A stretch of DNA of 64,000 nucleotides from a virus (lineage: Duplodnaviria; Caudoviricetes). The notes beneath the pieces are model-generated. The model was not told where the DNA came from. It was given only the letters and a program-made list of their open reading frames with translations, and ran no database searches. The stretch lies in the IMG/VR virus record IMGVR_UViG_3300042154_002208; one strand, given 5' to 3'. Positions 52,831-62,571 of the stretch are shown one piece after another (the stretch's first letter is position 1; each line of letters opens with the position of its first letter). The position numbers and the translations under genes are program-made.

Positions 52831-53232
52831 ATGGCAACCGTAAATCGAATCGTACGAAGATATACAGATTTAAATCTGTTATTTAAGCCACATCCTTATT
52901 CAAAGGATGTTTTAACTAGAACAAATGCTGACGCAGTAAAAACTGCTATTCAGAATTTAATTCTGACAAAAAATTATGAGAGACCGTTTCACCCCGAAAT
53001 AGGTAGTCAAGTTAATGCGTTAATTTTTGAGAATTTTATACCATCTACAATTACCGCATTAGAAAAATCAATTGAAACTACTATAAGAAAATTTGAGCCA
53101 AGGGCAAGAATTTTGGATATTCATATTAATGATAATTCCGATAAAAACGCAATTGATATAGAAGTAACATTCGCACTTAGTAATACCGAAGAACCTATAA
53201 CCGTAGCAACAACTATTAGCAGAGCAAGATAA
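52831..53232 (+). CDS. gp25: Baseplate wedge subunit
   Basis: DL.L.F..HP, A.K....NL.LT...ERPF.P.IG and FEPR. Confidence 0.93.
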   Translation: MATVNRIVRRYTDLNLLFKPHPYSKDVLTRTNADAVKTAIQNLILTKNYERPFHPEIGSQVNALIFENFIPSTITALEKSIETTIRKFEPRARILDIHINDNSDKNAIDIEVTFALSNTEEPITVATTISRAR

Positions 53233-55106
53233 TGTCCAATCTAAGAATAGCGGAATTAGATTTTGATACAATAAAATCAAATCTAAAAGACTTTTTAAAA
53301 AATTACGTTGATGACGATGGTGCACCATACTTCACAGACTTTGATTATGAAGGATCTGGATTATCTATTCTGCTGGATGTACTATCTTATAATACACACT
53401 ACAATGCTTATTTAGCAAACATGGTAGTCAATGAGATGTTTTTAGACTCCGCGGTTAAAAGAGCATCGGCAGTTTCTATTGCAAAGCATTTGGGATATAC
53501 TCCGATTTCAACACAGGGAGCAAGAGCGTTATTATCATTCGAGGTTGATTCCCCTACAAATAATCCAAACTTTTTAACACTCGAAAGATTTACCCCATTT
53601 ACAACTACTATAAATGATAATACTTTAACCTTTGTTAATTTAAATTCTGTAACGATTCAACCCAATGTTGGAACATATACATTTACTGATGTAGAAGTTG
53701 TAGAGGGGATTCCGTTAGAATACGTATTTACTGTAGATGTTCCTAGTACTGCAGAAAAATATGTGATACCCAATGAAAATTGTGACGTTTCATCTATTCA
53801 AATTATTGTGCAAAATTCATTATCAGATACAACAACTACGGTTTATTCATTAGCCGAAGATACTTTAAATATTGACGGGACATCTAATGTTTATTTCTTA
53901 GAAGAAAATACATCCGATAGATATCAAATACATTTTGGTGACGGCATCTTAGGTAAAAAATTAAATAGAGGAAATCTTGTTAAAGTTACCTATTTAATTA
54001 GTAATGGTACGCTTGGTAATGTTTCCGGTAATATTTCTCAAGAATTTTTTTGCGGTTCTCAAATTGGCGGGGGTTCAGTTACAGGTATAATTACGCCTAC
54101 TTCAAATTCAAGAGGCGGAACTTCTAGAGAAACAATTGAAAGTATTAGATTCAATGCTCCAAAATTTGGGTCTTCACAAAATAGAGCAGTTACTGCAGAC
54201 GATTATAAAGTTCTAATATCTAAAAATTATCCGTTGGTTGAATCTATATCGGTTTGGGGCGGCGATGATAACGATCCTCCAAAATATGGTAAAGTTATTA
54301 TTTCATTAAAACCATATGATGGATATGAGGTAACCCAACAAACTAAAGACGATATTTCAAATTTAGTTTTACAAAGTAAACAAGTATTATCTATTGTCCC
54401 CGAGTTTATTGAGCCAGATTATTTTTATATTAATTTAGCAGTAAATGTTAAATATAATTCTAAAACTTCTACATTGTCAGCAACCCAAATTAAAAATTTA
54501 GTTGTATCTACAATACAAACGTATTTTAGCAATGACTTGCAAAAATTTGATAAAGATTTTGTTTATTCCAAATTATCAAGAACAATTGATGCAGCCGATA
54601 ATTCAATTGTAGGTAATTTGATGACTGTTAAGCTACAAAAAAGAATAACACCTGTATTAAATTATGATAATCACTATGTGGTAGGAGATACTGTTAAATT
54701 TAAAAACGGAATTGAGCCTGGCAGTTTAGAGACTACTAGATTTGTTGTTTCGCAAAACGGCAATTCGGTTGAAGCTAGGATTAAAGATGTTCCCAATGAT
54801 ATCGTCCCTAACAGAGTAGGTTCCGGTATACTTAAATTGGTAAATGCCGATACAGATAAAACTATTATAGCAGATTATGGAACTATTGATTACAATACAG
54901 GGGTAATTTCAATTGATGCTTTACACCCAACAGGATACACAGAAGATAGTACAGATGTTAGATTATCAGTAACCGTGCAAGATTCATATTTAGATGTTAT
55001 GGTCAGTAAAAATGAAATTTTATTATTAGATGATAGTACGTTCAATGGTGCCGCTAATAGATTACAAGGATTAACTGTTAACACGATTGCAGTTGTAACC
55101 GAATGA
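53232..55106 (+). CDS. gp6: Baseplate wedge subunit
   Basis: LDFD.IK.NL, DFDYEGS.LS.LLD.L.YNTHYNA, QNRAVT..DY and PP.YGKV. Confidence 0.95.
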   Translation: MSNLRIAELDFDTIKSNLKDFLKNYVDDDGAPYFTDFDYEGSGLSILLDVLSYNTHYNAYLANMVVNEMFLDSAVKRASAVSIAKHLGYTPISTQGARALLSFEVDSPTNNPNFLTLERFTPFTTTINDNTLTFVNLNSVTIQPNVGTYTFTDVEVVEGIPLEYVFTVDVPSTAEKYVIPNENCDVSSIQIIVQNSLSDTTTTVYSLAEDTLNIDGTSNVYFLEENTSDRYQIHFGDGILGKKLNRGNLVKVTYLISNGTLGNVSGNISQEFFCGSQIGGGSVTGIITPTSNSRGGTSRETIESIRFNAPKFGSSQNRAVTADDYKVLISKNYPLVESISVWGGDDNDPPKYGKVIISLKPYDGYEVTQQTKDDISNLVLQSKQVLSIVPEFIEPDYFYINLAVNVKYNSKTSTLSATQIKNLVVSTIQTYFSNDLQKFDKDFVYSKLSRTIDAADNSIVGNLMTVKLQKRITPVLNYDNHYVVGDTVKFKNGIEPGSLETTRFVVSQNGNSVEARIKDVPNDIVPNRVGSGILKLVNADTDKTIIADYGTIDYNTGVISIDALHPTGYTEDSTDVRLSVTVQDSYLDVMVSKNEILLLDDSTFNGAANRLQGLTVNTIAVVTE

Positions 55107-56893
55107 GCCGAATAACAGAAAAATTATCAAGAATATTTTCAAAGCAGATCCCTGAATTTCTGCGGGTGAGCGAAGCTGAGGCGGCAACCTATTCAATAGG
55201 TTCTACCGTTTCTGGTTCCGATATTGTAACTGTAAACGATAGCATTGATATCGATGTGGGCGATAAATTATCTCATGCTCAAATTTCTAGTTCAATTTAT
55301 GTCATAAGTATTTTATCAAGTACTAAAATTCAAATTAGTGCTGTTGCTCCAGTAACATTAACTTCTGTAAAATTAAATTTTGTAAAAACAAATACTAATT
55401 CTAATTTTATAAAATTTTTAGAAGCATATTATAAGTTCTTAGAACAAGATCAACAGCCGCAAGAGCTATTACAAAACGCAAGGCAATATGCGGATAGTGA
55501 GCAAACAATTGATTCGCTAATTGAGAACTTCTTTAAAAATTATGGTAATGATATTCCTCGTAACATCATTACAGATAAACGTGCGTTCATTAAACATTTT
55601 AAAGATATCCACAAGACAAAAGGAACCGAAGAAGCATACAAATTATTATTTAGAATTATATTCAATGACGAAGCCAGTTTCTTTTATCCGGATACAGTAA
55701 TTTTAAAAGCTTCAGATGGCGTATGGAAAAAAGATTATACTTTAAGAGTTATATCTATAGATAATTCTAATATATTTGATTTTGTTAATACCAAAATTAT
55801 AGGGGATATATCGAAAGCAAGTGCAGTTGTAAACAATGTAGTAAAATTTAAACCTGCAGATGGATTTATAACTGACGTATATGAATTATCATTAGAAAAT
55901 ATTAAAGGTAATTTTTTAATAGAAAATATTACCGCAACTAAACTAATAGATGCTGTAACAAATACAAAAGAAATTATAAACGCAGAAATTATACCGCAAT
56001 TAATTAAGGTGGATATAATTGATGGTGAAAACGGATATAATGCAAACACTAAAATTAGTGTACTTGATGCTAATGTTAAAATAAGCGGGTTTACAAACAC
56101 AGGCGGAATTCGAAAAATAAGTATTGTGAATTCTGCGGCATATCTTAATTTAAAACCTGTAATAAATAACGGAGTTATTTTATCCGGATTAAATATTAAT
56201 GTATCTTTAAGCGATCCTTTAAATATAGTATCGGGAAATATTACACTTAGTAATACTATTGGTACTTTTACTTCAGATGTTCCCCATGGATTATCTAGAG
56301 GTAAAACGGCAAACTTAATTTTTTATGGTAATTCTAGTAGTTATATAAATGGTGCTGAGAATGTAATAACCGTTACCACAGTTTTAGACTCCTCACGATT
56401 TAGATTTAATATGGTTGGGCTGTCACCTACCTCGCTTTCTGCAAATTTAAAATACACCCGAGCAGCAAATCTATATAGTAATGTGGGTGCGGTTTTAGAA
56501 AGTGATGGGTATTGGTTAAATAATAGAGGAAAACTTTCTGAATTAATATACGTCCAAGGACCTGCCTTAGATTCCACAAATAAATCTAAAATATTCTATC
56601 AACCGTATTCATATGTTGTACGAAGTGGGGAATCTATTGATAGTTGGAAAGACATTGCTAAAGCCACAGTTCATCCTGCAGGAATGGAGGTGTTCGGTGA
56701 AATTTATATTAATAATCAAATTTCAGCAAATGTAGAACCAACGGTTGATAACGAGGTCTGGGATTATTTAGGTATAACCTCGGATATGAGTATACCCCCA
56801 TTTGATGCCAGTATGACTACTTATTCAAATAGTAGAGTACAAAATTTACCTATATCTACAGATCATGTGTATTACATATTCAATATACTGTAA
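55103..56893 (+). CDS. Baseplate wedge protein (gp7-like)
   Basis: QIPEF, F..FLEAYY.FLE, KGT......LFR, S.G.W, YQ.YSYV and HPAG...FG. Confidence 0.8.
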   Translation: MSRITEKLSRIFSKQIPEFLRVSEAEAATYSIGSTVSGSDIVTVNDSIDIDVGDKLSHAQISSSIYVISILSSTKIQISAVAPVTLTSVKLNFVKTNTNSNFIKFLEAYYKFLEQDQQPQELLQNARQYADSEQTIDSLIENFFKNYGNDIPRNIITDKRAFIKHFKDIHKTKGTEEAYKLLFRIIFNDEASFFYPDTVILKASDGVWKKDYTLRVISIDNSNIFDFVNTKIIGDISKASAVVNNVVKFKPADGFITDVYELSLENIKGNFLIENITATKLIDAVTNTKEIINAEIIPQLIKVDIIDGENGYNANTKISVLDANVKISGFTNTGGIRKISIVNSAAYLNLKPVINNGVILSGLNINVSLSDPLNIVSGNITLSNTIGTFTSDVPHGLSRGKTANLIFYGNSSSYINGAENVITVTTVLDSSRFRFNMVGLSPTSLSANLKYTRAANLYSNVGAVLESDGYWLNNRGKLSELIYVQGPALDSTNKSKIFYQPYSYVVRSGESIDSWKDIAKATVHPAGMEVFGEIYINNQISANVEPTVDNEVWDYLGITSDMSIPPFDASMTTYSNSRVQNLPISTDHVYYIFNIL

Positions 56894-56922
56894 TAAATAA
56901 TTAAAAAATTAATGGAATTATA

Positions 56923-58233
56923 ATGGCGCAAATCATTACAGAAAATTTTAGGGTATTCAACGCTACTCGTTTCGTAGAGTATGTTGTTGATACCAATAAC
57001 CTGTATCTTTTTATAGGTAGACCTCAAAGTTGGGATAACGAACCAACGGCACCCACACCAGTAAATGTTCCATATCAAGATACAGTTTATTGGGCAGATA
57101 CAGTTGCGCTAAAAAGAATTGTTCCAAATGATTTTAAACAAGTTGTAGAACGTAAGAATTGGTCTGCGGGCATAGTATATTCACAATATGACAATGCAAG
57201 CTCAACTTTATACGGGTCTAATTTTTATGTACTAACACAAGATAACAATGTTTACAAATGTATATCTAATAATTTTGGGGCAGCTTCATCTATTAAACCA
57301 ACCGGAACATCAACAAATATTATAACAACATCCGATAATTATCGTTGGAAGTACTTGTATTCGTTAACTGATACAGACTTATTAAAGTTTTTAACTAACG
57401 ATTATATGCCAGTAAATTTAAACTATGATGTATTAAATACTGCAATTAAAGGAACAATTGATAACTTTGTGGTAACAAATATAGGTAGCAATTATAGTGT
57501 TGCTTCTAATATTTCTGTTAATATTTTGGGAGACGGATTAAATGCAAGAATAGGCAATGTAGTTTTATCCGGAGCAAATACAATAGATCGCATAACACTT
57601 AATACGTCAGGATCAGGTTATACATTTGCAAATTTATCAATATTAGATTCGGGAGGTGGGTCTAATGCAACTGCAAGAGCTATTGTTTCTCCTATAAATG
57701 GGCATGGCGCAGATGTGTTAACTGAGTTAGGTGCTAGATATGTAATGATTAATACTAGACTTAATTATGCTGAAGGTGGCGGAGATTTTCCTGTAGTAAA
57801 TGATTATAGACGAATTGGTATAGTAAAAAATCCAATATCAAACGCAACATCTACAATGGCGACAGAGACAACACTTGATGCGACTATTACGTTAAATCTT
57901 TCAAACGTTACTGGCACATTTGCATTAGATGAATATATTAGAGGCGATAATACCAACTCAAACGCATTTATAGTTAGTGCAAATGCGAATGTTTCATCCG
58001 GAAATGTTACTATTAGATATATCACCCCCATTGAATTATTTGCCGGTAATATTATATTTTCGGCAGGTGAAACAATTCGCGGAGCAAATTCATTGGCGGT
58101 AGGAACTATTAGTACAATAACCCCTGCCGAGGTAAAGAAAAATACTGGTCAAATTTTATATGTGGAAAACCGCGCTAAAATTACAAGAGCTTCAGACCAA
58201 GCAGAAAATATTCATATAGTTATAGAATTCTAA
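56923..58233 (+). CDS. gp8: Baseplate wedge subunit
   Basis: YLFIGRP..W, W..G..Y..Y, YV......VYKC..N, D.Y.WKY.Y, GHG.D...EL and YR.IG. Confidence 0.9.
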   Translation: MAQIITENFRVFNATRFVEYVVDTNNLYLFIGRPQSWDNEPTAPTPVNVPYQDTVYWADTVALKRIVPNDFKQVVERKNWSAGIVYSQYDNASSTLYGSNFYVLTQDNNVYKCISNNFGAASSIKPTGTSTNIITTSDNYRWKYLYSLTDTDLLKFLTNDYMPVNLNYDVLNTAIKGTIDNFVVTNIGSNYSVASNISVNILGDGLNARIGNVVLSGANTIDRITLNTSGSGYTFANLSILDSGGGSNATARAIVSPINGHGADVLTELGARYVMINTRLNYAEGGGDFPVVNDYRRIGIVKNPISNATSTMATETTLDATITLNLSNVTGTFALDEYIRGDNTNSNAFIVSANANVSSGNVTIRYITPIELFAGNIIFSAGETIRGANSLAVGTISTITPAEVKKNTGQILYVENRAKITRASDQAENIHIVIEF

Positions 58234-58245
58234 GGTAAATCAAAA

Positions 58246-61200
58246 ATGGCCGTAAATTTAACAACAAATCCGTATTATGACGATTTTGACAGCACTAAGA
58301 ATTTTTATAGAATTCTTTTTAAGCCAGGCACGCCTGTGCAGGCAAGAGAACTTACACAAATTCAAAGTATTTTACAGGATCAGATAAAGAAATTTGCAAA
58401 TCATATTTTTGTAGATGGAAGCAGAATATTAAGTGACGATCCCGTAGCAGTTACTATTAACGATGCCGGCAGAGCAGTTAAATTACAAGTAGACGCAAAT
58501 ACCGCAAATTTACAGGTATATTTAAACAAATATGTTTCAGGTACTACTTCTAACATTATTGGTAGAGTAGATTTTGTATTTGATGAGGATAATCCTGATG
58601 TAGGAGACCCACCTACTTTTGTGATGTCTTTAATTAAATCAGAAGGAACAAGTGAATTTAATTCCGGCGAAACTCTATATTTTCATAATACAATTGCCGC
58701 TGCAAATTCTAAAACTGCAACTGCGCTAACAGTATCTACTGTTTCAGATTCCTACATTGTAGGCACTGCAAGTATAAACGAATACTCTGATATAATTACT
58801 CTATCTGCATCTGCCGGAACGATTAAAGTAGGTGATCAAATTATTGCATCAAGTTTGGGATCTGATTTATTTGTAGTTGAAGTTATTACAAGCACTAGTA
58901 TTAGAGTTAATAGAAATGTAGGCATTACTGATAGTAACGTTAGTATACAGTTTAAAACAAGAAATACTAGCCCAACATTGATATTTGGAACTAGTGCCGG
59001 CACCTATTATAAAAATGGATTCTTTATACAAACTGCGAAACAAAAAATTGTACCTCAGAAATATACAGCATATCCTACTAAATCTATTGTTTTAAGATAT
59101 CAAGAATATATAGTTGATTACAATGATGATAGCAGTTTGCTTGATCCAGCATTTGGTAGCTCAAATTATTTAGCTCCCGGCGCTGATAGATTAAAAATGG
59201 AATTAATTTTAGACAGTGTAGATTTAAAAGCTGATAATAAGCCAGACATAACTGGAACATTTTTAGAAATAGGTAGATATAAAAATGGTAATTTGGATTT
59301 AGTTGAGTCCACCGGGGATTCTAAATATGCAGAACTTGCAAAAACTCTAGCATCAAGAACATATGCAGAATCTGGAAATTACATAGTTTCCCCGTTTAAA
59401 TTACAGACAGCAGGCCCATCACCTGACGGACAGGATGAAAAATTTTATGTTACCCCTGGAAGAGCATTCGTTGGTGGATATGATATTGCAACTTCTGGAA
59501 AAACTGAAATTTCAATACCTAAAGCAACAACAACCGATACTGTAGAAGCACTGAATATAGATACATTTTTTGGAACTTATGTTGTAATTGAAGCACCTAC
59601 TTTTGGATTGCCGCAATTAGCAGATTTAGATGGCAAAGATTTCTACGAGTGTCATTCTACAACTAATAGAACTGCAATGAATAATTCCACACTTGTGGGA
59701 TATGTGGTACCTAAACATATGCAGTATGAAACTGGATATGGGGCAAATTCATCTTTTAGATTTTATTGGTATTATTATGAGCAAGCATCTACAACATTAA
59801 CTCCTGATAGTATTAGATCTGTTATAGGGGTTCAAAATCCATTCTCAATAAATTATGGCAATAATGGTACTTATGCCAAACCTACATTTTTTGCGAATAT
59901 ACATCCAACGTACGGATTAATTGATAATAGACTAAGATACTATGATGTTGGACAAAATAGAAATGTTTTTAAAATACCAAAAAATAATGTTAAGCAAGTA
60001 TCAAAGAATAAAGTTGTATATTCTCAACTATACCCAAATACTTTAGGTACTGGGGGAATTGTAACTTTAAGTACCGGTTCACCTAATAAATTTGTAGGGC
60101 CACTGGGATCGTCTTTAACTGACTCAATAAAAAGAGAATATTATACCATGGTAGTACGGGATGCTTACACCCCAGGATATCCTGGTAATATTTTTGTTCC
60201 TATGGAAAACATTACAGCTACATTAGATGGTACAGGCACGCAATTAACTATAAATTTTAATAATATTATATTATCCGGCACTGTTGATATTATTGCAACT
60301 TTAGAAAACGATACTTTACAAAGAAGAACAAAAACATTAGTTGAAAATCAAACATTCAATGCCAACATTCAAATTTCTCAAGTAAATTATTCAGTACTAA
60401 AATCAGATGTGTATGCATATAAAGGAATTTATAAGATAGGAAGCAATTCCTACGTAGGAAATTATAATTCAGCTACCACTTATTCTACAAACAATTTAGT
60501 TCAATCTAATGGATTAATTTTTAGAGCGAACACTGCAAGTACCGGAGAATCTTTAACAAATATCGCATATTGGGAAAAGGTCAAAAAAGAATCGCTATTG
60601 TCTTATAGTTTAGATACCGGGCAAAGTGATAATTGGTACGATCACGGATCCGTTAGATTCTTGGGAGCACAAAATGATGTGCCAGGTAATGTATTAATTA
60701 CTTTTGATTATTTCACGCACTCCGGCACCGGTGCATTAGATGCCGGATCATATCCTGCAAATCTATACACAAGAATCCCTACCTATAGATCTGTAATAGA
60801 TGCTGAAGAATTTAATTTAAGAGATTGTCTAGATTATAGACCACGTAGACAAGATGATACTCCGTTAAGCGTTCAACCGGGATACGATGGCAGAACGTCA
60901 AATATATTTTATTTTGATTCTCATATTAAACCAAATCCATCAGAAGTACCAGGTACAGAAGCAGATGTGGAATTTTATTTAGGTAGAGTCGATAGACTCT
61001 ATTTAAATAATAGAGATGCTAGTGTAAACAAAACTCAAAATAAATTTAGTATTGATTCTGGTATACCTGATTTAAATCCAAAAGCACCAAAAGATTTTAC
61101 GGATAGTACTAGACAATTGATTGCTACATTATATGTGGATCCATATACTGCAAGTTATCAAGATATATTGATAGAATATAATGATGCGCCTCGCTATACT

Positions 61201-61875
61201 ATGAAAGATATTTCTATAATTGATCAAAAATTAACCTCATTAGAAAAACGTGTTAAGAAACAAGGATTAGATATTATTGCTTTAAACAATGTGGTGTTTG
61301 ATAGAAATGGATCTCAAGGAAATATATTATACAAAACAGGAATGCTTGTAGATAATTTTTCAGGATACGGTCCAGGATATGTAAAGAGCCCCGATTTTAC
61401 TGCGGCCATAGATACTGCTAGACAAGAATGCCGACCAGCGTTTGCAGCAATAGAACATAATTTGTTTTATGTTACAGATCCGGATGTTTCAATATTAAAT
61501 GATTTAGTCTATATGAATTATACCGAAGAAGAGTTTATTAGTCAAACTATTGCAAGTAGTAGGAATGTGAATCCTAATCCAGATGGTGTTATTGGAGATA
61601 ACGCAAGAGCAGTTATATATCCTCCAGTAATTACCGGCGGCGGAGATCTTGCATCATTAGTATATGACAATATCGTGCAGGAAAATCAATTAACAGTTCA
61701 ACAGCAAAATATTACAATCGATCAAACCTCGGGGGTAACAGGTGCAACATCCACAATTGCTGGCGAAACAAACACAGTTACAACTATTGTTAAATCATCA
61801 TCAACCGGTTCTACTGTATCAAGTTCTGGCGGCGGCAAAGGCGGGGATGCAGATACTAGTTATATGGTAGTGTAA
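58246..61875 (+). CDS. Large baseplate/tail-associated protein (VrlC/DUF4815-like, N-terminal part)
   Basis: PYYDDF....FY.ILF.PG.PVQARELTQ.QS.LQ.Q, APGADR, L..RT..ESG.Y, DFRP-like CLDYRP and G..VDNF. Confidence 0.8.
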   Translation: MAVNLTTNPYYDDFDSTKNFYRILFKPGTPVQARELTQIQSILQDQIKKFANHIFVDGSRILSDDPVAVTINDAGRAVKLQVDANTANLQVYLNKYVSGTTSNIIGRVDFVFDEDNPDVGDPPTFVMSLIKSEGTSEFNSGETLYFHNTIAAANSKTATALTVSTVSDSYIVGTASINEYSDIITLSASAGTIKVGDQIIASSLGSDLFVVEVITSTSIRVNRNVGITDSNVSIQFKTRNTSPTLIFGTSAGTYYKNGFFIQTAKQKIVPQKYTAYPTKSIVLRYQEYIVDYNDDSSLLDPAFGSSNYLAPGADRLKMELILDSVDLKADNKPDITGTFLEIGRYKNGNLDLVESTGDSKYAELAKTLASRTYAESGNYIVSPFKLQTAGPSPDGQDEKFYVTPGRAFVGGYDIATSGKTEISIPKATTTDTVEALNIDTFFGTYVVIEAPTFGLPQLADLDGKDFYECHSTTNRTAMNNSTLVGYVVPKHMQYETGYGANSSFRFYWYYYEQASTTLTPDSIRSVIGVQNPFSINYGNNGTYAKPTFFANIHPTYGLIDNRLRYYDVGQNRNVFKIPKNNVKQVSKNKVVYSQLYPNTLGTGGIVTLSTGSPNKFVGPLGSSLTDSIKREYYTMVVRDAYTPGYPGNIFVPMENITATLDGTGTQLTINFNNIILSGTVDIIATLENDTLQRRTKTLVENQTFNANIQISQVNYSVLKSDVYAYKGIYKIGSNSYVGNYNSATTYSTNNLVQSNGLIFRANTASTGESLTNIAYWEKVKKESLLSYSLDTGQSDNWYDHGSVRFLGAQNDVPGNVLITFDYFTHSGTGALDAGSYPANLYTRIPTYRSVIDAEEFNLRDCLDYRPRRQDDTPLSVQPGYDGRTSNIFYFDSHIKPNPSEVPGTEADVEFYLGRVDRLYLNNRDASVNKTQNKFSIDSGIPDLNPKAPKDFTDSTRQLIATLYVDPYTASYQDILIEYNDAPRYTMKDISIIDQKLTSLEKRVKKQGLDIIALNNVVFDRNGSQGNILYKTGMLVDNFSGYGPGYVKSPDFTAAIDTARQECRPAFAAIEHNLFYVTDPDVSILNDLVYMNYTEEEFISQTIASSRNVNPNPDGVIGDNARAVIYPPVITGGGDLASLVYDNIVQENQLTVQQQNITIDQTSGVTGATSTIAGETNTVTTIVKSSSTGSTVSSSGGGKGGDADTSYMVV

Positions 61876-61895
61876 TAAATTATTTAAGGTAAAAA

Positions 61896-62567
61896 ATGGC
61901 GAATTTTTTCAAACAATTAGTTAAATCATCTGGCGATGTAAATTCTGCATCCACTGCAGTTGCGATGGTAACCAGTTTGGGCGCATCTAAAGATGCTGCT
62001 ATAGATTTAGCAAAACTTATTCTTAAAGATGAGAATAATAAAAACAGCGCAAATACAAACGGCTTATTGCTAACGGTTCAACGTATAAATGTTATTGCTA
62101 CCGCAGATGCTATAAGAGATTTAAAAATAAATGAAACTGATACGGGCCGGGCGCTTGCAGATACGCTTACTAATAAAAGTGCAGGCAATGTCGTAGATCA
62201 AACGGCAATTGAAAATACTATTAGAAGTATCCCTTCAAATTTTAATACCGCAAATGGAATTGTTGCAAATAGTTTTCAAGTGATTATTCCTGAGAAAAAA
62301 TTCTACAGCAATGTTATTGGGTTTTCTTCAAATGTAAATGCTTTAGATTCTTTTGTTAACTCTACATTAAATAATAATGTGTATGTTACATCAAATATAA
62401 CGACATCTTCAGATTATACAATAAATAATGGATACTTAAATTCTTATGTTCAAGTATCTTCTAGAGATTTAGATTTATCCCCGCATACGACAGGTGTGCA
62501 AGATTTAGCAGAAGAAAATTTAGCAAAATTAAAAACTGCATTTTTAACTAACAACTTTTTAAACTAA
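61896..62567 (+). CDS. Hypothetical virion-associated protein
   Basis: 223 aa Asn/Ser/Thr-rich; AAGGT RBS. Confidence 0.65.
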   Translation: MANFFKQLVKSSGDVNSASTAVAMVTSLGASKDAAIDLAKLILKDENNKNSANTNGLLLTVQRINVIATADAIRDLKINETDTGRALADTLTNKSAGNVVDQTAIENTIRSIPSNFNTANGIVANSFQVIIPEKKFYSNVIGFSSNVNALDSFVNSTLNNNVYVTSNITTSSDYTINNGYLNSYVQVSSRDLDLSPHTTGVQDLAEENLAKLKTAFLTNNFLN

Positions 62568-62571
62568 AAAA